Shown piece after piece: positions 1 through 8,811 of a DNA stretch of 24,000 nt (position 1 is its first letter; every line of letters starts with the position of its first letter). The notes below the pieces were generated by a model, which saw nothing but the letters and a program-made list of their open reading frames with translations, searched no databases and was not told where the DNA came from. Location: assembly GCF_023223505.1 (NCBI RefSeq), contig NZ_JALPRY010000001.1, positions 394,894 to 418,893 of the forward strand. Direction: 5' to 3'. The translations under genes were made by a program, and so were the position numbers. The DNA comes from Neorhizobium turbinariae. GTDB taxonomy: Bacteria; Pseudomonadota; Alphaproteobacteria; Rhizobiales; Rhizobiaceae.

Positions 1-201
1 GGCGCGTCGAGCGAAATGCGGCTCCTGCTGATCACCGGCATGCTCGGTGGCTTCACCACCTTCTCGGCCTTCTCGCTGGACTTCGTAGCGCTGCTTGAAC
101 GGGGATCGGGCTTTGCGGGAGCCGGTTATCTGGTCCTCAGTGTCGTGATCTCACTTGCAGCGGTGTTCGGCGGGCTGGCTTTAGGACGGGCAATGCTCTA
201 A
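1..201 (+). CDS. crcB: Fluoride efflux transporter CrcB/FluC, C-terminal part (5' end outside window)
   Basis: Frame 1 is open from nt 1 to TAA 199-201. The translation [17 protein letters not shown]... has the GG-TTFS-F signature and two hydrophobic helices typical of CrcB. Confidence 0.8.
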   Translation, partial: GASSEMRLLLITGMLGGFTTFSAFSLDFVALLERGSGFAGAGYLVLSVVISLAAVFGGLALGRAML

Positions 202-236
202 AGGGCAGGGCCGACCCAAGAATAGAAAGAGCTTTG

Positions 237-1226
237 ATGGCAGGCATCGAGCATGTTCGCGTTGAGGCGGACGAGGCAGGGATGCGTCTCGACCGCTGGT
301 TCAAGATCCACTATCCGGGCCTCGGCTTCGGAGCGTTGCAGAAGCTGCTTCGCTCGGGCCAGGTGCGCGTCGATGGGGGCAGGGTGAAGACCGATGCGCG
401 GTTGCAGCCCGGCCAGACGGTCCGCGTTCCGCCCATGGACGTGGATGCCAAGAAGTCTGGCCCGATCGCCGGCAAGGACCTCAAGCATTCGAGCGACTTC
501 GAACTCTTGTCACGCATGATCCTTCATGAAGACGACAAGGTGATCGTGCTGAACAAGCCTGCCGGCCTTGCGGTGCAGGGTGGATCCGGCGTCACGCGCC
601 ATATCGACCAGATGCTCGACGCCTTCGTCAGCCAGAAGGGCGAAAAGCCGCGCCTCGTGCACCGGCTCGACCGCGATACCTCCGGTGTCCTCGTTATCGC
701 CCGCACCCGGGGTGCTGCGCAGAAGCTGACGGCCGCATTCCGCGAGCGCGACACGAAGAAGACCTATTGGTCGCTGGTGAAGGGCGTGCCGCGCAAGCAC
801 GAGGACAAGCTGTCCACCTGGCTCGTGAAGGAACAGACGCCGGACGGCGACCGTATGCGTATTGCCAAGCACGGCGAGGAGGGGGCAGACCACGCCATCT
901 CCTACTACCGCGTGCTCGAGACGGCAGCGCAGACGCTTGCATGGCTGGAAATGGAGCCCTACACGGGCCGCACGCACCAGCTTCGCGTTCATGCCCTCCA
1001 CATTGGCCATCCGATCATCGGGGATCCGAAATATTTCGACGATGATCCGAACTGGGCGTTCCCGGGTGGCATCCAGAAGAAGCTTCACCTGCATGCGCGC
1101 CATATCGATATCCCGCATCCGAGCGGCGGGCGCCTGCGCGTCACGGCACCGCTGCCGCCGCACATGGTCCAGAGCTGGAACCTGCTCGGCTTCGACATGG
1201 AAAATGGCGCGCGGGACGACGACTGA
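237..1226 (+). CDS. RluA-family 23S rRNA pseudouridine synthase (RluC/RluD-like) with an N-terminal S4-like domain
   Basis: Catalytic HRLDRDTSGVLV motif, with an S4-like N-terminus (RLDRWF...LLRSGQVRVDG). The ORF track starts at TTG 234, but ATG 237 with the purine-rich AGAAAGAG upstream is more likely. The TGA stop overlaps the next ATG (TGATG). Confidence 0.9.
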   Translation: MAGIEHVRVEADEAGMRLDRWFKIHYPGLGFGALQKLLRSGQVRVDGGRVKTDARLQPGQTVRVPPMDVDAKKSGPIAGKDLKHSSDFELLSRMILHEDDKVIVLNKPAGLAVQGGSGVTRHIDQMLDAFVSQKGEKPRLVHRLDRDTSGVLVIARTRGAAQKLTAAFRERDTKKTYWSLVKGVPRKHEDKLSTWLVKEQTPDGDRMRIAKHGEEGADHAISYYRVLETAAQTLAWLEMEPYTGRTHQLRVHALHIGHPIIGDPKYFDDDPNWAFPGGIQKKLHLHARHIDIPHPSGGRLRVTAPLPPHMVQSWNLLGFDMENGARDDD

Positions 1227-1879
1227 TGAAACTTGTTCTTTTTGATTGCGACGGCACGCTGGTCGACAGCGCGGCGCTGATCCACGAAACCATGCGCCGA
1301 ACCTTTGTCCAGTTCGGCAAGCCGGAGCCCGAGATTGCCGCCACCAAGTCGATCATCGGCCTCACTCTCGATATCGCGATTGCGCGTATGCAGGGCAAGC
1401 CGCATGCCGACGACGAGGCCGTCCAGATGATGGCCTACTACAAGTCACTGTTTTCGGTCGTGCGCCAGGATCTCGGTTTCCGCGAGCCGCTTTTCGACGG
1501 TATCCGGGAGGTCATCGATACGATCGGTCCGCGCGACGACCTGTTGATCGGCGCTGTCACCGGCAAGTCGCGGCGCGGCCTGAAACTGGTGATGGAGACG
1601 CACGCCTTCGACAAGTACTTCATCGTCGGTCGCACGGCTGATGATTGTCCGTCAAAACCGCATCCGGCCATGGTGACGGAATGTTGCAGCGAAACCGGCG
1701 TCGATCCGGCTCAAACCCTTGTTATCGGCGACGCCATCTACGATATGCAGATGGCAAAGGCAGCCGGCGCGACTGCCATCGGCGTGGCTTGGGGTTATGC
1801 CTCCATTGACGAACTCAAGCAGGCCGGTGCCGACGCCATCGTCCATCATCCGCGAGAGCTTCTTGCGCTGATCGGTTAA
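1226..1879 (+). CDS. HAD-IA family hydrolase (phosphoglycolate-phosphatase-like)
   Basis: HAD motif I FDCDGTLVDS at the N-terminus and motif IV GDAIYDM near the C-terminus. The start codon overlaps the upstream stop. Confidence 0.85.
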   Translation: MKLVLFDCDGTLVDSAALIHETMRRTFVQFGKPEPEIAATKSIIGLTLDIAIARMQGKPHADDEAVQMMAYYKSLFSVVRQDLGFREPLFDGIREVIDTIGPRDDLLIGAVTGKSRRGLKLVMETHAFDKYFIVGRTADDCPSKPHPAMVTECCSETGVDPAQTLVIGDAIYDMQMAKAAGATAIGVAWGYASIDELKQAGADAIVHHPRELLALIG

Positions 1880-1916
1880 ACCCGGCGCACATAGGTTCAT
1901 TGGCAGGTTTATACGC

Positions 1917-2708
1917 ATGCGTGACATTTTTCCCGACCCGTCCGAAATCCTCAGCCACGAGGACCCCACCCGGCGTGCCCAGATCCAGATGCAGAAGCCG
2001 CTTCCGAAGCGCTTCTACAAGGAGGTCTCGGTCGCCGAAGTGGATGGCGGTTATGCCATTCACCTCGATGGAAAGCCGGTGAAGACGCCCGCGCGGCAGG
2101 CCCTGACAGCATCGACGCCCGAGCTTGCCGAACTCATTCGCGATGAATGGGCGAATCAGGTCGAGGTCATCGACCCGCGGATCATGCCGATCACCCGGCT
2201 CATGAACACGGCGCTCGATGGGATCGCGCCCGATCCGCAGCCGGTCTTCGAGGACATACTGCGGTTTTCCTCCAGCGACATGCTCTGCTACCGCGCCGAC
2301 GGGCCGGACAACCTCGTTGCCCGCCAGACCGAGCGCTGGGATCCAATCATTGATTGGGCGGCCAATGATCTCGGCGCGCGATTCATCCTGATCGAAGGCA
2401 TCATGCCGCAGGAACAGCCGCGGGATGCGACAGCGGCCTTTTCGGTGACGCTGCGGAAGTACCAGAGCCCGGTCGAGCTTGCGGCGCTCCATGCGGTCAC
2501 CACGCTGACGGGGTCGGCCATCCTTGCTCTTGCCTTTGCAGAAGGGCGCCTGTCTGCTGAAGAGGTCTGGGATCTAGCCCACCTCGACGAGGACTGGACC
2601 AACGAGCATTGGGGCACGGATGCTGAGGCCCAGCATCGACGCGAGAAGCGGCACGAAGAACTGCAGGCAGCCGCCGCGGTTTTTCTCGCGCTGGGGCGTC
2701 GGACTTAA
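1917..2708 (+). CDS. ATP12-family F1-ATPase assembly chaperone
   Basis: 263 aa. The N-terminal KRFYKEVSV...GY.I.LDG-PVKTPA block and overall length match my memory of alphaproteobacterial ATP12 proteins, and the rluA-HAD-ATP12 order is typical of Rhizobiales. Confidence 0.75.
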   Translation: MRDIFPDPSEILSHEDPTRRAQIQMQKPLPKRFYKEVSVAEVDGGYAIHLDGKPVKTPARQALTASTPELAELIRDEWANQVEVIDPRIMPITRLMNTALDGIAPDPQPVFEDILRFSSSDMLCYRADGPDNLVARQTERWDPIIDWAANDLGARFILIEGIMPQEQPRDATAAFSVTLRKYQSPVELAALHAVTTLTGSAILALAFAEGRLSAEEVWDLAHLDEDWTNEHWGTDAEAQHRREKRHEELQAAAAVFLALGRRT

Positions 2709-2764
2709 AGCTTCTCTAACCGTGTCTGGAACAACATGAGGAACCGTCGTTTTCGGGTTCCTCC

Positions 2765-3253
2765 ATGCTCCGTTGTGTATCGCGTCCCGTTCTGGTTGCC
2801 CTGACCGTCCTGCCATTGATGGCATTCCGGATGCCGGCAGCGAGTGAGTCACCCGAAAGCCTGCTTTACGACGTTCGCGGTGCGTTTGTGACAGCGCGCC
2901 CGACCGTACCACAAGAGTTGGTCATCGCCACGGACATGCTGGTGGACGAGGCGGTTCGCGCAACGGTGCGCAAGACCATGCTGCCGCGGACGATTATCTC
3001 GGTGCGGATCGACCAGATCTCCAGGTTGCCGCTGATGATCGGCAGCCGTCACGAGGCGAAGGTGACGGTCAAGGTGATTGCCGTCGCAAGCGGCGACCCG
3101 ATCGCCGAAGGGTCATTCAGGACATCCGTTTTCCTGCTCGACAATGCCGGCGCCGACCGAGCGCTGGCCCAGCGGATCGCAGACCGGATCACCACCGAGT
3201 TTCGCCTAGATGGTCCCGGACGACCCGCCATCGTCAATGCGCTGTTTCCGTGA
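2765..3253 (+). CDS. Hypothetical exported protein (no family recognised)
   Basis: 162-aa ORF with high third-position GC and a signal-peptide-like N-terminus (RPVLVALTVLPLMAFRMPAAS). Its stop lies 1 nt from the convergent fghA stop. Confidence 0.55.
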   Translation: MLRCVSRPVLVALTVLPLMAFRMPAASESPESLLYDVRGAFVTARPTVPQELVIATDMLVDEAVRATVRKTMLPRTIISVRIDQISRLPLMIGSRHEAKVTVKVIAVASGDPIAEGSFRTSVFLLDNAGADRALAQRIADRITTEFRLDGPGRPAIVNALFP

Positions 3254-3254
3254 G

Positions 3255-4088
3255 CTACCCCAGGCGCTCGGCATGCCAGCGCAGGTGGTCGTCCATAAAG
3301 GTCGAGATGAAGTAGTAGGAGTGGTCGTAACGCTCGTGCATGCGCAGCGTCAGGCCGATGCCAGTGTCCTTGATCGCCTCCTCGAACAGCCACGGTCGAA
3401 GCCCGTTCTCCAGGAAGCCATCCGCCTTGCCCTGGTCGATGAGGAACTCCGGAAAACGCGCCCCATCTTCCACGAGCGCGCAAGCGTCGTAGGCGCGCCA
3501 TGCAGTCCGGTCAGCGCCGAGGTATTTTTCGAGCGCAGGTGCAGACCAGTCGGCCGTTGAAGGTTGAACGATCGGTGCGAAGGCCGAGCAGCTCTTGAAG
3601 CGATCCGGGTTCTTCAGCGCGATCGTCATGGCGCCGTGGCCACCCATGGAATGGCCGAAGATGCCCTGGCGGCTCATGTCGGCGCGGAACTGCTGGCCGA
3701 TCAGGGCGGGTAGTTCCTGCGTGATGTAGGAGTACATCTGGTAATGCTCGGCCCAGGGCGCCTCGGTCGCGTCGAGATAAAAGCCGGCGCCCTTGCCCAT
3801 CTGCCAGTTCGTCAGTTCATCCGCGACATCGCTGCCGCGCGGGCTCGTATCCGGGCAAACGATGATCAGGCCGAGCTCCGCGGCCAGTCGACGATACTCG
3901 CCCTTTTCCATGACGTTGGCATGGGTGCAGGTGAGGCCGGACAGGTACCAGAGCACCGGGCGCGGCTCGTGGATCGCCTGGGGCGGAACGAAGACTGCGA
4001 ATGTCATCTCGCAGTGACACGTTTCAGACTCGTGCTGGAAGACGCCTTGCATGCCACCAAAGGCGGTGTTCTGGGAGATGACTTTCAT
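3255..4088 (-). CDS. fghA: S-formylglutathione hydrolase (esterase D family)
   Basis: 277 aa from ATG 4088, with AGGAAG 8 nt upstream. N-terminus MKVISQNTAFGGMQGVFQHES, serine-esterase elbow GHSMGGHGA, C-terminal HDHSYYFI block. The 79-codon upstream extension in the ORF track overlaps yaiI and is rejected. Confidence 0.9.
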   Translation of the reverse strand: MKVISQNTAFGGMQGVFQHESETCHCEMTFAVFVPPQAIHEPRPVLWYLSGLTCTHANVMEKGEYRRLAAELGLIIVCPDTSPRGSDVADELTNWQMGKGAGFYLDATEAPWAEHYQMYSYITQELPALIGQQFRADMSRQGIFGHSMGGHGAMTIALKNPDRFKSCSAFAPIVQPSTADWSAPALEKYLGADRTAWRAYDACALVEDGARFPEFLIDQGKADGFLENGLRPWLFEEAIKDTGIGLTLRMHERYDHSYYFISTFMDDHLRWHAERLG

Positions 4089-4098
4089 GGAGTTCTTC

Positions 4099-4548
4099 CT
4101 AGGATTGGGTGTTCTTGGCGCGGCGGCAAAGCCGGTCGAGGGTTTCGAGGAATTTGGAGCGATCGCGTGCAGAGAAGGCGGCGTTGTAACCCTTGCTCTC
4201 GCCTGTTTCGCGCAGATGAGCGCCGAGATCCCGCATGGCGGTCGCCATGCCGATATTGCCCTCGTCGAACACACGGCCGGTGGGACCGGTGACAAGCGCT
4301 CCCTTGGCCACGCATCGCCCCGCAAGCGGCACGTCCGCGGTGATGACGATGTCGCCCGTCGTTGCCCGTTCGGCGATCCAGTCGTCCGCCGCGTCGAATG
4401 CGCCGGAGACGATCACGTTGTGGACCATAGGATCGCGAGACGGTCGCAAGCCTGAGTTGGCCACGAAGGTCACTTCAAGCCCGTGCCGTTCGGCCACTTT
4501 AAGCACTTCCGGCTTGACCGGGCAGGCATCGGCGTCGACATAGATCAT
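4099..4548 (-). CDS. YaiI/YqxD family protein (UPF0178/DUF188)
   Basis: 149 aa starting MIYVDADACPVK, the characteristic family N-terminus. The ATG overlaps the upstream GNAT stop (ATGA), and the stop is 10 nt from the fghA start. Confidence 0.85.
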   Translation of the reverse strand: MIYVDADACPVKPEVLKVAERHGLEVTFVANSGLRPSRDPMVHNVIVSGAFDAADDWIAERATTGDIVITADVPLAGRCVAKGALVTGPTGRVFDEGNIGMATAMRDLGAHLRETGESKGYNAAFSARDRSKFLETLDRLCRRAKNTQS

Positions 4549-5003
4549 GAGGCGGGCCTGCGCATGTCGGTGTGCGGGATGCCGTCCTCGAGATATTCCT
4601 CCGACACGGGCTCAAAGCCTAAGGATCCGTAGAACTTCACGAGGTGGCTCTGGGCCGACAGCTCGATCGGCTCATGAGGGTGAAGCTTTTCGCATTCGGC
4701 GATCGCCTCGCGCATAAGCGCTTCGCCCAGCCGCTTTCCGCGATGGACAGGGGATACGGCAACGCGGCCGATGCGGGGAGGGCGCTGCGGGTCCGGGCGC
4801 CAGATCCTGGCGCAGGCCAGCAGGTCGGTTCCATCCAGCAGGCGCAGGTGCAGGCACTGCGGGTCGTTTCCGTCGAGTTCAGGATAAGGGCATTCCTGCT
4901 CCACCACAAACACATCCACCCGCAGCTTCAGCATGGCGTAGAGGTCACGCGCGGAGAAGGCGTCCAGGCTCCGCACGTCGACCTTGTAAGGCTGCGCCGT
5001 CAT
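4545..5003 (-). CDS. ElaA-like GNAT family N-acetyltransferase
   Basis: 152 aa from ATG 5003. LYAMLKLRVDVFVVEQECPYPELDGND, RGKRLGEALM and EDGIPHTDM closely parallel E. coli ElaA. The start overlaps the adhC stop by 1 nt (TGATG). The longer ORF-track version runs into adhC and is rejected. Confidence 0.85.
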   Translation of the reverse strand: MTAQPYKVDVRSLDAFSARDLYAMLKLRVDVFVVEQECPYPELDGNDPQCLHLRLLDGTDLLACARIWRPDPQRPPRIGRVAVSPVHRGKRLGEALMREAIAECEKLHPHEPIELSAQSHLVKFYGSLGFEPVSEEYLEDGIPHTDMRRPAS

Positions 5004-6130
5004 CAATAGACGACGACGCCCCGGATGCTTTCGCCCCGGTGCATCAGGTCGAAGCCCTTGTTGATGTCCTCGAGCGGCATGGTGTGGGTGATCATCGGGT
5101 CGATCTGGATCTTGCCCTGCATGTACCAGTCGACGATCTTCGGCACGTCGGTGCGGCCACGGGCGCCACCGAAGGCTGTGCCCATCCACTGCCGGCCGGT
5201 GACCAGCTGGAACGGACGCGTCGAGATCTCCTGCCCGGCGCCGGCAACGCCGATGATGACAGACTTGCCCCAGCCGCGGTGCGCGGATTCGAGCGCCTGG
5301 CGCATTACCTTTGTGTTGCCGGTGCAGTCGAAGGTGTAGTCGGCGCCGCCGATCGTGTCGCCGTTGCGCTTCGTCATGTTGACGAGGAAGGGCACGATGT
5401 CATCACCCACGTCCTTCGGATTGACGAAATGCGTCATGCCGAACTTTTCGCCCCAGGCCTTGCGGTCCGGGTTGATGTCGACGCCGATGATCATGTCCGC
5501 ACCGGCGAGCCGCAGGCCCTGCAGCACGTTGAGGCCAATGCCGCCAAGGCCGAACACGATTGCCGTCGATCCGATCTCGACCTTGGCCGTGTTGATGACG
5601 GCGCCGATGCCGGTGGTGACGCCGCAGCCGATGTAGCAGACCTTGTCGAAAGGCGCGCCGGGGTTGATCTTTGCCACCGCGATCTCCGGCAGAACCGTGT
5701 AGTTGGCGAAGGTCGAGCAACCCATGTAATGGTGGATCTTGTCCTTGCCGATCGAGAAGCGGCTCGTGCCGTCCGGCATCAGGCCCTGGCCCTGCGTAGC
5801 GCGGATCGCGGTGCAGAGGTTGGTCTTGCGCGACAGGCAGGAATAACACTCGCGGCACTCAGGCGTGTAGAGCGGGATGACGTGGTCGCCCTTCTTCACC
5901 GAGGTGACGCCCGGGCCGACATCCACGACAATGCCTGCGCCTTCATGGCCAAGGATGGCGGGGAAGATGCCTTCCGGGTCGGCGCCCGAGAGCGTGAAGT
6001 CGTCGGTATGGCAGATGCCGGTCGCCTTCACTTCGATCAGCACTTCGCCGGCGCGCGGCCCTTCGAGCTGCACGGTCATCACTTCGAGCGGTTTTCCAGC
6101 CTGAACGGCGACGGCGGCGCGGACATCCAT
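5003..6130 (-). CDS. adhC: S-(hydroxymethyl)glutathione dehydrogenase / class III alcohol dehydrogenase
   Basis: 375 aa with zinc-ADH signatures [12 protein letters not shown] and [12 protein letters not shown], a CxxCxxC structural zinc site ([15 protein letters not shown]) and a Rossmann GLGGIG motif. GGGAGAG SD upstream of ATG 6130. Confidence 0.95.
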   Translation of the reverse strand: MDVRAAVAVQAGKPLEVMTVQLEGPRAGEVLIEVKATGICHTDDFTLSGADPEGIFPAILGHEGAGIVVDVGPGVTSVKKGDHVIPLYTPECRECYSCLSRKTNLCTAIRATQGQGLMPDGTSRFSIGKDKIHHYMGCSTFANYTVLPEIAVAKINPGAPFDKVCYIGCGVTTGIGAVINTAKVEIGSTAIVFGLGGIGLNVLQGLRLAGADMIIGVDINPDRKAWGEKFGMTHFVNPKDVGDDIVPFLVNMTKRNGDTIGGADYTFDCTGNTKVMRQALESAHRGWGKSVIIGVAGAGQEISTRPFQLVTGRQWMGTAFGGARGRTDVPKIVDWYMQGKIQIDPMITHTMPLEDINKGFDLMHRGESIRGVVVY

Positions 6131-6247
6131 GGTGTCTCTCCCTTGAGGGTTCTAGAATCTGTTTTTGTTTCGGGCGGACTTTGCCACGTGCCGATGCGTC
6201 GGCTCAAGCGGGAACGGACGATTGTGCAGTCACAACGACTTGCTTGC

Positions 6248-6862
6248 TTAAGGGTCGATCACCGGAACGTTGGGCGCGGCGCTGCGGGGAAGGAGCCCCG
6301 TCAGCCGCGGATCGTTCAACACCTCGACCTTCAGCGCATAAGGCGTGAAGCCTGAGCGCTGGTAGAACGGCAGTGCTTCGGGCGAATCCAGGTGGCAGGT
6401 ATGCACCCAGAATCGCTTGATCGGCCTCGACCACGCCGTCTCGATAGCCTGGTTCATCATGAAGCGCCCGGCGCCCTTGCCGATCGCATCACCCACCAGG
6501 CCAAAAAACACAAGTTCACACTCCGCTTCCTCGCGAAAGTCCAGTTCCACGAGGCCGACGGGCCGCCCCTGATCCTGCAGCGTATAAAGCTCGATCTGCG
6601 GATTGGAGAGGATCGCATTGAGCTTCTCATCGGACATGACAAGACGCGATTCCCACAGCCAGTATTCCCCGACCTCGCGAAACAGCGCCCGGTACTCATC
6701 CAGCGACGCGGGGTGCCAGCGTGTCCAGGCAAAAGCGGCAGGGTCGCGCACCGGCCTGACGGCGGGTCTGGCGTGCATTTGGAGGAAGGTTACGATGGTC
6801 GCGATCTTGCCCGGAGGCAAAGCGTGGTAGCCGGTGGAAAGAGCGGGATGTTCTTCGATCAT
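6248..6862 (-). CDS. GNAT family N-acetyltransferase
   Basis: 204 aa. Acetyl-CoA pocket-like GDAIGKGAGRFMM followed by the YQRSGF motif. ATG at 6862. Confidence 0.75.
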   Translation of the reverse strand: MIEEHPALSTGYHALPPGKIATIVTFLQMHARPAVRPVRDPAAFAWTRWHPASLDEYRALFREVGEYWLWESRLVMSDEKLNAILSNPQIELYTLQDQGRPVGLVELDFREEAECELVFFGLVGDAIGKGAGRFMMNQAIETAWSRPIKRFWVHTCHLDSPEALPFYQRSGFTPYALKVEVLNDPRLTGLLPRSAAPNVPVIDP

Positions 6863-6919
6863 GGATCGTTTTGGAACTCGTTCCGACGATCATGTCAATG
6901 GGATTGCAGCCATCGACGT

Positions 6920-7627
6920 TCAGGCAGCGATGTCATCGTCCAGAGGCGGCAGATTATCCATCTCCAGCCATCGGTCGCTTCGCAAGTCGTCGGCCGGCCG
7001 ATCGAGTGTCACGACCAGAGCCATCATTTCTCGCCATGCCGGATGATGCTCCGATATGGGAGCGGCACGGTCGATCGCCTTGAGGATGGCGGCCTCGCGG
7101 GAAGACAACATCAGCCGGCCGCGCACAAGCGCGCCTCTCAAGATCCGCCAGAGATAATGAAGATCGTGGATGCAGACGCTGCGCGAGTCGGGGCGGCTCA
7201 CCGCATAGGCTCCTGTACGCGAGACGATCGCGTGCCGCATCTGGTCCAGCGCGAAGGCGGAGAGGCTGTCCGGCACCTCGGCGGATACCTCCATCACATG
7301 CAGAAGCAGTTCCAGTTCCAGCACGGACGTGACCATGCCGTCATCGGAAATGTTTCGCATCAGCCACCGGGCGCCCGCTTCGCTGATCGCACCTGCAGGC
7401 GGCGTCTCTTGGACAAGGTAGCGCGTTAGGCTCTCGATAAAGAAGACCACCCATTCCGGAGACGCTTCCGGGCAGCAATGTGCAAGTGCAAGAAGCGTGC
7501 GAGCGTCTTCCAGCGTGCGAACACCGTCCGGAAAGGTGTATTTACGCAGCAGCAGGATTTCATCGGTCGAGATACGGTTTGCGCCGGCGATGACACAGGC
7601 CGGAAACGAGAAGCGGAACGCGCTCAT
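6920..7627 (-). CDS. Hypothetical cytoplasmic protein with two related ~55-aa modules
   Basis: 235-aa ORF with GGAG-containing SD (GGAGATGGAAG) before ATG 7627 and coding-like codon usage. No TM segment or signal peptide, acidic C-terminus, no family recognised. Confidence 0.6.
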   Translation of the reverse strand: MSAFRFSFPACVIAGANRISTDEILLLRKYTFPDGVRTLEDARTLLALAHCCPEASPEWVVFFIESLTRYLVQETPPAGAISEAGARWLMRNISDDGMVTSVLELELLLHVMEVSAEVPDSLSAFALDQMRHAIVSRTGAYAVSRPDSRSVCIHDLHYLWRILRGALVRGRLMLSSREAAILKAIDRAAPISEHHPAWREMMALVVTLDRPADDLRSDRWLEMDNLPPLDDDIAA

Positions 7628-7725
7628 CTTCCATCTCCATTTTCATCCAGCACAAGATGTGGAGCGCTGCCTCGAGAAGTTGAGGCGCGGTGCGGAGACA
7701 TGCTTAACGCCAGTTTACCGCCGCG

Positions 7726-8646
7726 TCAGGCAGAGGCCGCCTGTGCCTCCCTGGCACGCTCACGCCAGATGATGAAGAGGCCCGAGCCAACGATGATGGC
7801 GATGCCAACCCACTTTGAGGCAGTCGGGAAATCACCGAAGAGTGCATAACCAAGCACTGTTGCCGAGATGATCTCGAAATACTGGAACGGCGCCAGCAGC
7901 GACAAAGGCGCCAGCCGGAAAGCGCGGACCACCAGCAGGTGGACGTAGCCGGAGAGTGAGCCGAGCACGACCAGCAGGATCAGGCCAAGCCATGTCGCCG
8001 GAAGCGAGGGCTCGAAATCGACAATCCCCTGCGCATCGCCCGCCAGCAAGGCTGCAGCCATGAACACGGTGCCGCCGACGCCGGCCATGGTCTGCATCAC
8101 GAGCGGCGAATCGCCATCACCAATCGCGCGGTTGAGGAAGAGATAGAGCGTGAACAGGAAGGCGCAGACCACCGGCAGCAGCGCCGTCCAGCCAAAGATC
8201 GCGTAACTCGGCTGGATGACGATCATCGCCCCGGCAAACCCGACAATAATCGCGAGCCAGCGACGCCAGCCCACCCGGTCGCCGAGGAAGACCGCCGACA
8301 TCATCGTCAGCATGAAGGGTTCGACGAAATAAATGGCGAAGACATCCGCAAGCGGCATGTATTTCACCGCCGTGAAGAACATCAGGCTGGCCGCCGCGTG
8401 CAGCACGCCCCGCAGCAGGTTCATCCATGGCCGTCGGGAGTGGATGAGCGCCGAACCCGTCACCACCGCCAGGGGCAGCAGGCAGACGAGCTGGAAAAAG
8501 AACCGGTAGAAGGTGACCTGGCCTGGCGACATCGCCTCGAATGTCGCCATGTACTTGGCGATCGCATCCATGACGGGAAGGACCACCATGCAGCTTGCCA
8601 TAAGGGCCATGCCCTTGATCGGATTTTCAGGGGTGGAATGATTCAT
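7726..8646 (-). CDS. DMT superfamily (EamA-like) transporter
   Basis: 306 aa with about 10 hydrophobic helices in two halves, the typical EamA duplication. Confidence 0.85.
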   Translation of the reverse strand: MNHSTPENPIKGMALMASCMVVLPVMDAIAKYMATFEAMSPGQVTFYRFFFQLVCLLPLAVVTGSALIHSRRPWMNLLRGVLHAAASLMFFTAVKYMPLADVFAIYFVEPFMLTMMSAVFLGDRVGWRRWLAIIVGFAGAMIVIQPSYAIFGWTALLPVVCAFLFTLYLFLNRAIGDGDSPLVMQTMAGVGGTVFMAAALLAGDAQGIVDFEPSLPATWLGLILLVVLGSLSGYVHLLVVRAFRLAPLSLLAPFQYFEIISATVLGYALFGDFPTASKWVGIAIIVGSGLFIIWRERAREAQAASA

Positions 8647-8703
8647 GGCGAGCCGCTTTCGATGAGCAGCGGTTCAACCACAGCCAACCGGCTTCTTCAA
8701 GCT

Positions 8704-8799
8704 CTAGAGCAGGAAGAACAGGACGCTCTGGGCCAGATTCGCCGTCACGAAGATCGCGGCAATGGCCACGCCGATGATGGTTACGTTCTGCAGCATCAT
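8704..8799 (-). CDS. Candidate 31-aa hydrophobic small protein (MMLQNVTIIGVAIAAIFVTANLAQSVLFFLL)
   Basis: My own read of the minus strand, below the ORF-track length cutoff. ATGATG start with AAGG 6 nt upstream, one predicted TM helix, 57 nt upstream of the DMT gene on the same strand. Confidence 0.2.
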   Translation of the reverse strand: MMLQNVTIIGVAIAAIFVTANLAQSVLFFLL

Positions 8800-8811
8800 T
8801 AAACCTTGAGA

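Noticed and set aside
2738-2763. Hairpin GAGGAACC-N10-GGTTCCTC after the ATP12 gene
   Set aside because: It is an 8-bp stem, but no U-tract follows and it abuts the next start codon. It may modulate translation, but the evidence is too thin to call it a terminator or regulator.
4089-4325. 79-codon N-terminal extension of the fghA ORF
   Set aside because: It overlaps the yaiI-like gene in another frame. Homology-type sequence begins at MKVISQNTAFGG, which has an SD.
5039-6355. 438-aa plus-strand ORF
   Set aside because: It lies antisense to the full-length, motif-complete adhC gene. The translation is Arg/Ala/Gly/Asp-rich low complexity, typical of antisense frames in high-GC DNA.
6392-7429. 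345-aa plus-strand ORF
   Set aside because: It spans, in antisense, two separate minus-strand genes that have better starts, SDs and codon usage.
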